Positions 40,129 through 53,525 of a stretch of DNA of 64,000 bases are shown piece by piece. Each line of letters opens with the position of its first letter. Positions within the stretch are counted from its first letter, which is position 1. Source of the DNA: Tubulanus polymorphus (taxonomy: Eukaryota > Animalia > Nemertea). A model generated the notes under the pieces. That model saw nothing but the letters and a program-made list of their open reading frames with translations, did no database searches and was not told where the DNA came from. The translations under genes were made by a program, and so were the position numbers. The stretch is taken from positions 16,157,101 through 16,221,100 of the forward strand of contig NC_134025.1 in the NCBI RefSeq assembly GCF_964204645.1. The letters are read 5' to 3'.

Positions 40129-43100
40129 CAAACTGCCAACCCCTGAAATCTATTTTGAGGGACAGAGATTCCTATTTTCAGGGACAGCAAACAATTTTCA
40201 GGGACATCCTAAAATTTCAGCATTTTAGTCCTTTAAGCTTATATCAAGCACTTATCTTGTGCCCAGGTGTCGAAACGAGCTAGACCATGAAAGAAAATTG
40301 AAAAGTTTAGAAAAATTCACAGAAAATTTATTCATAAAATCTAACCCAAAGAAGACAAAAAAATAACAAAGAATTACTTAATACGTATAATACTTGCAAT
40401 CATGTCAACATCATATACATTGAATCTACCTAAAACCTAAGAACAGTGTCACTAATGTATTTCTAGAAATTGTCATTTAATGGGGATTTTCAAGACCACG
40501 TTTAGTAGCAGACTTGCATCGCTTTAACAAATCTTTGGAAAATTTCCTCTTGTGGCATATTGTACCCTCTTGCTTTAATACAAGGAGTCAGCACACTCAT
40601 GCATGACCTAAAGTCGGTCTTATTTTTTCTCACTAGGCTGAAAACCCTTTCAGAAGTGGCATTGCTGTGTGGTATGCACATTATGGCTAACATTAGTCTA
40701 GACAGATTTTTATATTTCAGGGATCCTGTAATATCATCAATCAAGTTACCAATCATTTGCCACCCAATATCACCTCTATTCTCACTGAGAATTTTTTCAG
40801 GTAAATCTTCAACTAAATACAGAGTGAACTCTTTTTTAATTGTGTCAACATCACAACCAGCAGGTAGAACCTTTGTTTATCTCTGAATAAAATACCTAAT
40901 TCCAGAGAATTTGGCAACACATTGTTTACGCACATCAGCCACTTCAGCATTTTTTAGCAATGGATCATTCAATAGAAATTTTTTGATTATGTAAGAACAT
41001 GCTGCTTGCAAATACTTTACAACATTTTGGAAAAATTCGTAGAAATTTCTTCTTCTCTATATATTTCCTGACTTCATCTCCAACAACTATGTCACTATGG
41101 TTCTTGATACTGTAACTCAGCATGAATTTAAACTAGATCTTGGTGCTTGATGGCACATGGTTCGACAAACATAACCAACAAACTTTTCAATAATTGAAAC
41201 AGAATGGCTCTCTGTTTGTGAATGAGAGGTTTTTCACTTTGAAAGATATGGTTGACATCATTGAATTTCTTCAACACATACACAAGAAACATTAGATATA
41301 ACCTCATTGACTTAGAGTTTAGACTGTCATAAGCTTTCTTCTTTCTATCGGAACAGGATTTCTCAGAATCTGTTTACTGCTTATTGAATTTTTGTCACTT
41401 TCAATTTCTTTTTTGAAGAACTCTCCAAGTGCATGCCAATGCTCTAGGACGAATATAGCAGTTTGCTCTAGGGATAGCCACCTAGTGGCCACATGCTTTG
41501 GCACCTTATGTAAAATCTGTCATGTGAAATCTGCTCTTCTTCAAAATCTCGCAATCTATCAGCACTCTTCCCCATATAATATATATCATGGAAAAATCCG
41601 CATACATCCACTGGTAGTTAGTTGTTTGCCACCCCACTCAGCTGACAGGTGAAGTAAATGACAAGTTGGGTTGTACTTTTAGCAGTCTGCCATACACCCC
41701 CTTCCTGCAACCAACCATCACATTCACATTATCAGTACATAGGGCCATGCAGTTATTCATTGATGTACCCTTTGTGTCAAGAGCTCCTAAGATCATTTTG
41801 GTGATATTCTCACCATTTGAATGCCCTTCGCAGTCTAACATAGCTAACAGTTCAGTTTTCACACAATTTTCATTAGAAACAAGTGTAATAACAATCGGAT
41901 CCAGTTTTCCTTTTTTTCCTCTTTCGTGACCGACATCAGTTGACAGTGAAAAAGGTCCCATCTGTTCTACCAAAGATGCCTGCGTATGTTGCGCCAGTTC
42001 TCTAAGAATATACGTTGCCATGGTCTTTCCACAAGAAAATTTCTTGATCACTTGTGGCAGCAATGTTGGATTGTCTAGTGGCAACATCATGCGCAGTAGT
42101 TCTCCTGAAAGATGTAAATATGGAAGAATACATAAAAAGGTAGAAAAAGCCGAAATCCATTTAAGCTTTTATTGTATTATTGCGTTGGATTGGAGGCCTG
42201 CCACGCTTAAGAAACAAAAAATTATTTTTGGCTTACCATAAGCCTACGTAGCAAAAATCCAATTTTTTACATCAATGAAAATAAATTTAAAACGCCAGGT
42301 ATGGCTGTCAGCATACATGCGATCGTGGGCGACACAGTATCCGAACAAGAACAAGAACAAGACAGAACAAGAACAAGAAAGAACAAGAACAAGAACTAGA
42401 GTGTCCCTCTTTTTCGTATGTGACTATATTTATTCAAAGCTGTCTCTGTTCCAAAATCCTTGAAAAATGTGTAAAGTGTGTAAATCAAAACCTACCGAAA
42501 TGGTCACTTGCAGCGATTGGAATGTTATGTACGGCTAAGTAGCCACAGAAGACAGCTTCAGCTTTAACAACAAGATCATCTACTGCATCAAAAGCAAGAA
42601 ATGATGTCATTTTAGCGGAACTTCCAATAATTAATGCCATTGCCTTGTGTTTATCCATCTGATGATGACGTCTGATGTCATTTATTCCTCCATGGGAAAT
42701 CGATAAGTGAAAATCGCATGCCGTACAATATGCATAGTGTGCTGATTTGTTGGATATTTTTATGAATAATAATCTTTCGAGTATTTAATGTTAAACACGG
42801 TGAGCAGACGTTTTTTATTTGGAGGTTCATCCCGTACTAAGTACCGACTGCTAGCGCCACAGTGTTCACTTGCCACATTTCATTATTCCTTGAGTACTGA
42901 CTGCTAGCACCACAGTGTTCACTTGCCATATTACAATTAATTCCTTCCGACATCTTGGGACAAAAACAACTGCTAGCGAACAATCGCCAAATTTCCATTT
43001 AAAATATTTTAAGTTATAAAAACCGTGATATTTTCCGTGAATAAATTTCTTTGAAAATCCGTGACATATTAATGCTTCCCGGGACAGCGGGACAAACTAT

Positions 43101-43147
43101 GAAATTCTGAGACTGTCCCACAAAATGCGGGACGGTTGGCAGCTCTG
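40129..43147 (-). mobile_element. hAT transposon remnant with degraded transposase
   Basis: Termini CTGCCAACC / GGTTGGCAGCTCTG, CCTATA flanking both ends, subterminal GGGACA repeats; peptide remnants FSCGKTMAT, FSLSTD, CTDNVNVMVG, KHVATRWLSL, hATC motif IPHSNATSERVFSLV. Confidence 0.8.
42343..42396 (+). repeat. (GAACAA)n microsatellite at the end of a short repeat also seen at ~55345-55410
   Basis: Direct reading; shared gtcagcatac..gcgatcgtgg.cgacacagtatcc. Confidence 0.75.
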
Positions 43148-43498
43148 CCTATAGTTTGCTGCTTAGCATTTTTAGGTCACAAGAAATAACAATTTATTAC
43201 AAATTCTATCAAACAGAAAACACAGCGCTCATCTTCTGCTAAAATTATTCAGCCCATTTTCATGTCAAACGTGCACGCGCCAAGCGTACCGCGATTTTAC
43301 ATGAATTAGCTCAATTACAACTTTATATCGCTGACAAAAGTAAACCAAAAACCGTTAAGCAGAGTAACTTATTCCAATGGAAAATTTTCAGCCCCATTCC
43401 CCAATTTTTCAGGTAGTTAGGAATATCACTGATTGACATAAGCTACGACTTGTTAGCATCCAAGACATGATCATCAATACAAGAACACTAAAGTTTAC

Positions 43499-43649
43499 CT
43501 CGGGTTTCACAAGCCGTAAAACTTTCTCAATAGTTTCATCTTGTAGACTAATAAAACCGACCCCATTTGGATCAAGTATATTCCAGGCCTTTGCCAACTC
43601 AATACGATCACGTTTCCGTTCTTCTTTAACATGTCTTTTTGACAATTTC
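43499..43649 (-). CDS. TPC-like gene exon: inter-domain linker, EF-hand 1
   Basis: cttcacag|g completes TGG from the previous exon; KLSKRHVKEERKRDRIELAKAWNILDPNGVGFISLQDETIEKVLRLVKPE|gtaaac. Confidence 0.85.
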
Positions 43650-43853
43650 CTGTGAAGTAATAATTGACGAATTTCAACAAACTTTGGATCAAAGTAAAAG
43701 ATTAATTGGTTCCCGTGGACATGTGGCTGTCTATAAGACCAGTTATGAAAATGCATCATACAATTGAGCCGAAGCGTTACTACTGGCATAGTTTTCTTTG
43801 TATTCGTGGAGTCTTACGAGAAAAATTATGTTTGATCGATAATTGATACTTAC

Positions 43854-43975
43854 CAATAGTTATCAACTATAATTGCCAAGAGTATGGCCAGCAAGAAGAA
43901 TACTCCAGCATATAAGAAGATACCAAAAAAGAAGAAATTCAAGGTATTTGCCCCATATGCTGGCATCATGAAAGC
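43854..43975 (-). CDS. TPC-like gene exon: post-filter helix and domain I S6
   Basis: tttgtag|...tg|gtaagt; AFMMPAYGANTLNFFFFGIFLYAGVFFLLAILLAIIVDNYW (TPC 'MMPAY...LLAxxxD' pattern); 122 nt, phase 0 to 2. Confidence 0.88.
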
Positions 43976-45770
43976 CTACAAAAGCAAATGCATAATATAA
44001 GATTTATTTATGTCAAAAATGTGTTCTGAAAACACATTTTTTTCTGGAGAAACATGTTTCTAAGAACATATTTCCTTGTAGAAAATGTGTTTTAAAAAAC
44101 ACATCTTTATCCGAAAAAGACATGTTTTAAAAATACATTTTTTAAAACATGTTTAAAAAATATAGAAAACATGTTTTATTTTCATTAGGGCTCCCTGCTC
44201 AATATCATTTACATAGTACAATCATGTTACACAGACGTGGAGATGGCAGGAATATATATCTCAAATCATTCTTTTCCATTGGTCATGTTGATTTGAAATC
44301 AGCATTGGACTCGAAAGTATCCAACTTGTAACCATCATAACATCCAACATGATTCTAGCAAATGCTTACAGTCAAGGCAGAACATAGTAGCTTGTAACGA
44401 GGGGTCCAAGGACACGGCACCCACCTGCAAAGTGGTTTCAAATGCTGAACAAACATATTCAATATTCAACACCCCCTGGTGAACATATTAAAACCTATGA
44501 CCGTAAAACTCGCCTCAATAATAGAACATGTCACCAGCAACAGTTTTTCTAAATGTTGCGAAATATGCATTCAAACCAATACCATATGTAAAAAAAGCTT
44601 AGTTATTCAGCTATTCAACGCCCCTTGGTGACAATATACAAAAACCAATGACCTTGAACCTCACCAGACATAAAACAGAACAAATACTCAACAAATGTTT
44701 GACCACCAATTTGGGAATACTTCTACTTCAAATTATATCAAATTGAAGGAAAATTTATTTCGTACCTGTAAATAAGTTATGAACGGATCAAATATAAGCC
44801 AGAACACGGATAAGATTCATACGGTTATGTAGAATTTCTTCGTATACATTTTTAAGACACCGAAGTAAGAGAGATCTTTTTCTTTGAATAGGAGCAACAC
44901 CTAATATCAAAATCTGGTCACTCAATATGAAGAGAATTGTTTGAATCAAAATCTGGTCACTCAATATGAGAATTGTTTGAACCGTTCGAGTTTGTACGTT
45001 ATTCAGGAAAAATGTGTTCCTGGCCGAATGTTGCACAGGTCCTTGGATAGAAAATAAGTTTTGATTAAGGGTAACTCATACCCATACAAATTGTATTGTT
45101 AAGGGATACCTTAGTAGAGGATATAGATACAAAAGAATTGCATTAAAATGAAATTAATTCCAATATTCAATTCTCAGAAATTAAGCAATTTCATGAAGTT
45201 GCACAAGGACTATAGACAAATTGATTCTGTACGAGAAAATTCTCTGAATTTTGTGATGTTAGTTTTATAGACAAACTAGAAAGAAACTTTAAAACGGGAC
45301 GTTCGTTTGTGTTTAGCTTATGTAATAAATTTGACACAACTGGCTAGACTTCGAAAGTTACACAAATGGAGGAAAATTATTGCTGGCAGACTGTTACCAC
45401 ATTTACGAAATTCAAATTCATTTTGTTTCTCACATTATAAAAGAAGTGCAACATTGAGCGCCATCTATGAAGTTTTTAGGTTACTACGTGTGCATAGGAA
45501 GATTTGGGTTATTTTATGAAACCTCCAATTAACAAATTTCTCTCCTTCAGCTGCTATATGCACACATATTTAATGAATGGCCCCTGATAGGGAACAAAGT
45601 CCTCTTAAAAACAGAATGACAGGATAAGAAGTGGCATTTCTTAGAATGCTTGACTAGAAGGAATTTAAGAAAAGAAAGGTGATCATTTGTAGATATATAA
45701 GAATTTATTAGTTTGTTATCTTACAAACATCTGTATATAAAAATAAAACTTAACAATTGAGTAAAGGCAA

Positions 45771-45897
45771 GGACACAGTGGGCGATTTTATGACCGGTTT
45801 GATCCCCGACAGACCCGGACACAGTGGGCGATTTTATGACCGATTTGATCGCCGACAGACCCGGACACACTGGGCAATTTTACCCAGCGTGTCCGGG
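45771..45897 (+). repeat. ~47-bp tandem repeat, ~2.5 copies
   Basis: ggacacagtgggcgattttatgaccg.tttgatc.ccgacagaccc repeated. Confidence 0.85.
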
Positions 45898-46186
45898 CCT
45901 TAAGTGCTGCAAATTACAAGTATCTAACTTATGATGTATAAATCATGCGTCAAGGTGAATGCAATAATAGTAAATGTTTTCTTCCCCCAAAAATCATAGT
46001 ATGTACCATGAACTACATGACAACTGTTGGAGTTATTTACTTGAGTACATGGAGAAATGGAATAAATGGCGTTTTAGTCCATTTGAATAATATAGAGATG
46101 ATACAGCAGACTGAAGGATGAAAGCAGCATATGAAAACTGGATAAAGTTCAAAAAGGTTCAGAATTGTCAAGATGAAAATATTCGA

Positions 46187-47456
46187 AACTAGGGGTCCAG
46201 GGACACCATGCCCACTTGGGAAGTGGTTCCAAATGCTCAACAATCTAACAATTTCAATATTCAACGCCCCCTGGTGACCATATACAGAATCCAATGACCT
46301 TGAAACTCACCACAATCATAGAACATGGCAGCAGCTACGATTTTGTAATTGATTGTGATAACAAAATATGCCTCGTTACCACTTAAATATGGAAATACTA
46401 AGTTATTCTACTATTCAACGCCCCCTGGTGACCATATTCAAAACCCAATGACCTTGAAACTCACCACAATCATAGAACATGTCACAAACTATAACTTTGT
46501 AATTGATCATGGTAACAAAATATGCCTAGGTACCAATATAATAAGGAAATACTAAGTTATTCTACTATTCAACGCCCCCTGGTGACCATAAAGAATAACT
46601 AATGGCCTTAAAACTTGCCACAATCATAGATGATGTCATGAGCTACAACTTTGCAATTGATTGTGGTTACAAAATATGCATTGATACGAATATAATATAG
46701 AAATACTAAGATATTGCATTATTCAACGCCCCCTGGTGGCCATATACAAAAACCAATGACCTCGAAACTCACCACAATCATAGAACACGTTATGAGCTGC
46801 AACTTTCTAAATGATTGTGGTAACAAAATACGCTTAGGTATCAATATAATGTGGAAAAACTTTTTCCCACTTACGAATGAGTACTGCTGACACCAAGATG
46901 GCCGCCAATTGCGTCATAATTGGCATATGAAAAATACCTGTCTCAGATATAAAACATCCCTTTCCAAAGAATACCCATCACAAATTGCAATGAGAAATGA
47001 TAAACCAGTAGGAAGCTACAGGACTCAGAATTTGGGCCAAAATTAACGTTTTTGGGCACTAAAAAGGTCATAGGACGGCCATCTTGAATCCGATCGACCC
47101 AATTTTTGTTATGCTGATGGGCCCTGGGGGAATTCACATATATCCGAAAGATCAAGGTAATTGATCAAAGTGTCTTCAAAATTTCCCTCAAAAAGTTCAA
47201 AAATGTGTAAAAAGTGCTGATTTTGGCGAACAACAATGGCTGCCAGTCGGCCATCTTGAATCTGACAGGGCCAGTTTTTGGGCTGAAGATGTGTCTAGGG
47301 TAGATACATGTGTAACCCAAATATCAAGACATTACCTTGAAGCGTCTTCAAAACTTCCCAAAATAACTGGATTCCGTCTACGGACGGACGGACGGACGAC
47401 GGACGAAAAGTGAATGCAATAGCCCGCTGGGACTAAAGTCCCAAGTGGGCTAAAAA
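46187..47456 (+). mobile_element. Second near-identical copy of the HINE-like element
   Basis: Same termini and unit structure as 30634-31927; partial copies at ~44395-44670 and ~410-495. Confidence 0.72.
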
Positions 47457-47475
47457 TGATTAGGAAATATAATAC

Positions 47476-47628
47476 AAAATAAGACATCAGTGCCACTTAT
47501 ACACATACCCGAAATATTTGTGTCTGCTAGGACACAATTTGTAACCACAAAATAAGATACATCAGTGCCACTTATACATATAACCGAAATATTTGTGTCT
47601 GCTAGGACACATTTTGTAACCACAAAAT
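47476..47628 (+). repeat. ~74-bp tandem duplication
   Basis: catcagtgccacttatac...gaaatatttgtgtctgctaggacac..ttgtaaccacaaaat twice. Confidence 0.85.
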
Positions 47629-47923
47629 TTAGAATTATAAGATAATAATAAGCATGACAAAAATTACTGTACGTCGAGTGAAAAATACTGATTTTAGTAG
47701 ATTCACAGAAAACTTTTAATCACATTGGCGTAGTTTAAAATTGGTCGCTTATATGACCTGTTTTGCTTGTGACGACAAAATGTTTAAAAAAGGCAATTAA
47801 TGACAGAAGCATATGTCAAACATAACAATTTTACCCACGATTGGGGTGCTGAATGTTTTAATAATGTGAACTAAGAGCTTCATCCAATGCTGCCTCATGC
47901 TATGAAATTATGACTTCTCTTAC

Positions 47924-49641
47924 TTAATCAACCCAATCAAGAGCTTTTTTGACAGTTTTTTTGGAATAAGTTTTCCTTGGTGGGTCATCAGGAAATGCAG
48001 TTGAAGCAAGAGATTCAAATCGAGTTGAAGATTTAGTTGTTTTTTTTATATCTGATGCTGATTTGGCATCATTAGAGGTACAAGATTTGGCGGTATCCTG
48101 CTTGCATGAGGCAATTGGCTCTGCAGTACAATCTTTTATTGCCACTTTTAAGGTTAGTGGTAGAATTGGCACGATATCAGATGACTGAATTGTTGGTTGT
48201 TGTAGGTACTTGGCAAGGTCCTTTTTATACATTTTGACTGACGTGAAATCGTCGCAATCTTGATTATCTGAAGCACTGGTGAGGAATGCAATATAGTCGT
48301 CTGCCTCAACTTCTACAGCATTTAGAACAATATTCTTACGAATAGTACGAGGTTCAGTCTTCTACAAAGATGATCAAAAAGCATTTAAATCCAAGAAGTT
48401 AAGTTATAGCAATATTCAACAATTTTAGTATCAACCATCTTTCAATTTGCGATGCATAATTGCTATCTAGGGAACAGGGTAATTTCATAATGGCATTATC
48501 GGAGCTGGTAATGATTATGCAGATTGATAAAAGTTTGCACCGAATAGACTAATGCATTGGTTTTAGAAACCTAAGTTGCAGAGAAGAACGATACTTGTTC
48601 AATGTGTATACACCACACACTTGGATCTGTTGATCCAGGCCTAAGTTCAAATTGCCTATTTTGGCATTTGGAATTAACTGGTAATGGACTAAACTGGAAA
48701 GGGTTGACCTAGTGAAGCGGTCAGTGTGACAGAATATAAAGGGTATTGACGTCAGCGTTATGCATTGTCATTCACTAAGAACACAGAAATTCAAGTGGTG
48801 TTTAAAATTGAGACAATGATATACAGAATAGTTTTAGGATAACAAAATAAATTAAGTTAGAAAATATTTATTTTATGTATAAGTTACCCAAAACTTGGCT
48901 ATGTATGTGGCGAGGTTTAGTGTTCAATATGTATTTTACCCTGTAAGAGAAATATATGCTGTTAGGGATGAGATGCAAGATTCTGAAATTATTACATTGC
49001 CTATTTCTAAAACCCAGGATTTTTCAATTTTTTTTCATCCTCCCTTGGCAGGGATATGAACCTGATGGTATTGCTACTCTCAGCCATGACACAAAACCCT
49101 GTCACACTAGCCTAAATGTGCAGGTAAATGCAACTATGGGCTAGTGTGGCAGGGTTTCATACGATGGTGAGTCATGATGCCTCAGGTCCGAATTTCTGCC
49201 AGGAGGATGAATTTTTCATATTAATAACAAAATTTTTCACAAAGGACATATAAAATACTTACTGAGAAATGTTCACCTTTTTCACTGCATCTCATCCCTG
49301 AGCTCGAATCAATCTAACCTTCACCCGAATACGCGTTTATATACATACGTATATAAACGCGTATTCGCCAATGTCCACTCCCTTTAGTTAGTGACCTTTA
49401 GTCACAAGAGTAGAAAAATACTTACCTCAAATGATGAAGCTCCGGTAGTAGCTAGAACAGGTTTTTGGTCAAAAGAAGATACAGTAAGGTTTTTAAACAG
49501 AACATGATTTCCTGTCGCGATATCAGTCTTGGAAAATTGTCGCCATAATGCTACATCAACGTCTCCAGATTCATCTTGGATAGTTATGGTACAAATTGGT
49601 ATTTCAGAGGGGCCACACAAAACTGTACGTGGCAACTCATC
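47924..49641 (-). CDS. Two-exon remnant of an OB-fold (RPA-like) protein gene nested in the channel intron
   Basis: Exon 49426-49641 (ag|DELPRTV...ITIQDESGDVDVALWRQF...VLFKNLTVSSF...FE|gtaag) splices in frame to exon 47924-48361 ending in TAA; no first exon identified. Confidence 0.6.
49326..49367. repeat. Perfect 19-bp-arm palindrome
   Basis: cgaatacgcgtttatatac-atac-gtatataaacgcgtattcg. Confidence 0.9.
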
Positions 49642-49774
49642 CTATAAAACATATGAAAAAATAAGCATGGTTTGAATATGTATGTAACAAATGAACATAA
49701 GGTAACATGCAAACACTGTAAAATGTGTAGGCGCTATCTGTGGTTATTGTTGTTACGGTAAGCCACTCTATTAA

Positions 49775-51099
49775 CCCTTTAACCGGCAAGTATTTTTTGG
49801 CCTATGAGAGATTTTGGACCTTGCAAGGGGAAAACTGAATAACTCAGTAGATACGAGGGATAACCCCATACTGTATGTATTTTATGAAAGCTCTTTTCAC
49901 AAGTTTTCAAATGATACCATGTTTGCGAACTTTGGGGTTACCTTCAGGGTCTGACTCCAAGGTCACAGATCCCAAGGTCATCCAGATTTTTGGGCCACCC
50001 ATTATAAAAAACTGTCATGAGATTCATCCAAATACGAATTATCATCAAAATCTTTCATTACTATGTCCAAAATATCAGCCAAACTCACTAGAGAGCGTAT
50101 TTAGTGCATTGGCCATTACTACTAACGATATTCTCAATTTTGGAAATCTGACCCACGTGGTTTCCATACCCCTTCTACATGTCAAATGTATGAAATATCA
50201 CTTTCCTGCCTTGTTAGACATTGTAGGCCGTCTGGTGTCGCCATCTGCTGATAGGAAAATGAGTTAGAATGCCTCACTGAAATCAATACTTGACGATTCT
50301 ATTCACTATAGCTGGTATATTCAAATCGGTCACTAGCGACCGATTTGAATATACCAGCTATAGTGAATAGAATATATAGATTTTTATTTTTTCACGAGTA
50401 GTACTATATAGGTTCACTATTTATTTGAAGCACGAGCTTTCGCTACTAATGTATAAAAGCTTCAACAGGTAAATGAGTATAGTCAATGGAAAAACAACAG
50501 TATTTATAGTCTGGTAATTAGGCCAATACCGATCAGTGAGTCAGGTAGTTATAAATCATCATCACTCTGGTTTCCCTCTCATCAGTATCTAAATGTTGAA
50601 GCTGAAGAAATGTGTAAAACTATGATGTATTGTAACTAGGTCTCCAAATGTTTATAGAAAAACTATCTTAGTTATCAATAGGACCATTTTTTTGCCTGTT
50701 GAATAAGAGACTCGGACTCGGGTAAAAAATATAAGCCTTATTACAATTCAACAGTGACTAGACATAACAGACATGTCCAATGATTAATGGTAACATTGGG
50801 AGTAACATTTGGCAACAGGTTCAATTTATGTTCATTAGCACTAGTAGTAGCTCAGCTGTCAAAATATGTTAGCTCACAAGGCAGTCACATTCCGATAATA
50901 ATCCCTAAATTTCAAGACATAAAGATTGCAATCCAAACTTCCAAAGGCAATCTTCGTGTTAAATATCGATTTAAAAAACGTTTTATCGATGACTCATATT
51001 TTTTGTGCATTTTCTGCATTTTCCGGATGTTAGAACATAAACAATGAAAAAATGAAAATTTTCATGTGAGACACGTCATCCACGCGACCGGTATGACGG
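49775..51099. mobile_element. Possible non-autonomous piggyBac-like element
   Basis: TTAA|CCCTTTAACCGG left end and degenerate CCGGTATGACGG|TTAA right end. Confidence 0.4.
50296..50373. repeat. Perfect 36-bp-arm palindrome
   Basis: attctattcactatagctggtatattcaaatcggtc-actagc-gaccgatttgaatataccagctatagtgaatagaat. Confidence 0.95.
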
Positions 51100-52472
51100 T
51101 TAACTGATAACTTGAGGCTTGGGCTGAAACCTTAATTTCATTGGCCTTTTCAGACTTTTTGAGGTCAGGGTCTAGGGAAAAATATTTATCGACGAAGTAT
51201 TCGACAAAATTTAAAGGGAAGCACTCTTAAACGATTACACCACAAAAAATTATTATCTTCAAATACGACAGACATTAAGCTTGATTAAACGGTACACATT
51301 TGCCTCGATCACAAAAATTCGTGGAAAATATTGGGAGTAGCCTACATTTGCGACACATGTAAAATAATCTTAAAGTTGGCAGTAGGCCTAATCCAAATGC
51401 TTATAACTCGCAAACTACGACGCGCGTCTACATGGAATTTTCAACACTGTATAAGATGCCTATTATCTTTCTTCAAAAGTACAGTTAGAATAAATCGGAT
51501 GACATCTTTTGACAACCTACTTTCCCACTTTTGAAGTGGGAAACTGCATTGATACATCATGGCGGCCGCCGATACGTGCCACATGAATCAAAGCATGCAA
51601 CGGCCGGCCCACCTCATTCAACAGAGTTTCTCTGTTCATTAACACACGGAAAAGAGAAGCAAATGTAGAAACTAGGCCTAGACATAAATAGCGTGTCACA
51701 TAAGGCCTAATGAATATCATTCGAAGCCAAATTTAGCGGATATTTCTGTTCTTGCTCATTAATCCCCAACATCACTCACCTTTGACAATATGGCGCGTCC
51801 TGCTCACTGCGACTGCTTACTGCCGCGGATGAAGAATTTGTCATCAATATTTCTTGCGACTGTGATCGAAGCTCCCGTACTCGAGTAAATTCGAGTGATA
51901 TAATCGGGCGGAAATCTCAGCTGGCCACTTAATTTACCCTGTTTTTACGGTAAACAAAAGCGACCGTCTGAAACTGCAAAGAATGATCCGGCCTTATCCG
52001 AATTCCAAAAGTTCTATAGTTCACTGAGTAGTTGTGGCAGGAATTTGTTTCACAAGAATTTGTTTCCGCCATCTTGTTTGCAATGCATATGCTCCCTATT
52101 CTGTTTGTAAACACAATCCACACGTGTGCACTACACTCGCTACAGTATCAACGCTCGCGGCTATAAACCTACAAACAAATATGCATCAAATATACCCGCC
52201 AACCCAGGCATCTTTTCTACGATTTTACAATATGAAAAATTATGAAATTGACTTTCTGCCGCCGCCCTTAATTCATCCATAGTTCAACTATTAACTTGTA
52301 GCGGATTTAATTAAAGAAATATCGTTAAGCTTTCAACTGATCGCACATGTGTGCTTTGGAAATGGAAATGAGTATGATTGAAAATAAAGATCGAAATCTG
52401 AATCATTCTATTTTCTTTCAAAAAGGCTGCATTGGATGATGTGATTAGGGAATAAAAAGAATTTTCTATGCC

Positions 52473-53525
52473 TTAGTATTCCTCAAAATCTCCACCCTGA
52501 TGGCCCATCTGGTCATGCAACGAATGCAACACATCTTCCAATTTCGAGTCAGGCAAGAAAACACGATCCCTTACGACACCACGATCCATGATACGTCGAT
52601 ATATCACACCATCCTTTAACAACAACTTTGGTATCTGTCTTCGGAATTTCATCTCACCAGGTCCATCCATCTGAAACTTCCTACCTCCCGGCAAATCTAA
52701 CTTCAACCATTTTAACACAGGATCCGATTCCTGAAGTTCAATCAACCGACTCAGATCTATCAAACCAAAAACCAAATCATCGAACGTATCATCCTCAACG
52801 TCCAGTTTAGCATCAGAAAAAGCAGATTCAATGTCACACGACAAAGAATTACATGCGGTTCTAGATACATCGGCGTCTATCATTTCCTTCCCACTTTGAT
52901 ACATTATCTATATGTTGTACATCGAGATTGCCTGCAACCATCTGTGAGACAAAGCATCCAGTTTCGCAGACTTGAGAATGTAACTCAAAGGATTATAATC
53001 CATTTTGACTAACACTTTACTCAAAAAAATAAAATCGTGAATCTTCTCTAACGCCCACTTAAGCGCAAGAAACTACAATTTATGTACTTCATAATTCATC
53101 AGCTTGATTTAATGACCGATTGGCATAAGCGATAACATGCATCTTCCCATAGTCACCCGTTTGATACAGTACTGCCCGAAGCCCAATTTGAGATGCGTCG
53201 GTATGAAGCTTGAACAGTTTAGAATAATCGGCAAACTGAAGAACAGGTGGCGACGTTAAAAACTCGTGAATACCATCAAAGGATTTCTGTAGTTCCTTGT
53301 TCCATTCAACAGGTTCTTTCTTTCGACCTTTCTCAGTATATCCTACAAGTAAATCCGTCAATGGTTTAGCTAACCCAGCGAAGCCTTTGATAAATTTCCG
53401 ATAGTATCCGCTAAATCCAAGAAAACTCCTGACATCGGCTATAGTTTTCTGGAACCGGCCATTTCCTAATTGCTTCGACCTTAGCTGGATCGGGTTCCAA
53501 CCTGGCGGCAGACACTTTGTGACAT
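52473..53525 (-). mobile_element. Ty3/Gypsy LTR-retrotransposon pol fragment (RT C-terminus, RNase H, integrase zinc-binding start)
   Basis: RSFLGFSGYYRKFIKGF, PPVLQFADYSKLFKLHTDASQIGL..VLYQ..VIAYANRSL, LHDQMGHQG. Confidence 0.85.

Noticed and set aside
44766-45043. Possible channel exon
   Set aside because: No channel-like sequence, contains a short internal duplication and a stop; the 57144 and 43975 exons join directly (ENYP-AFMMPAY)
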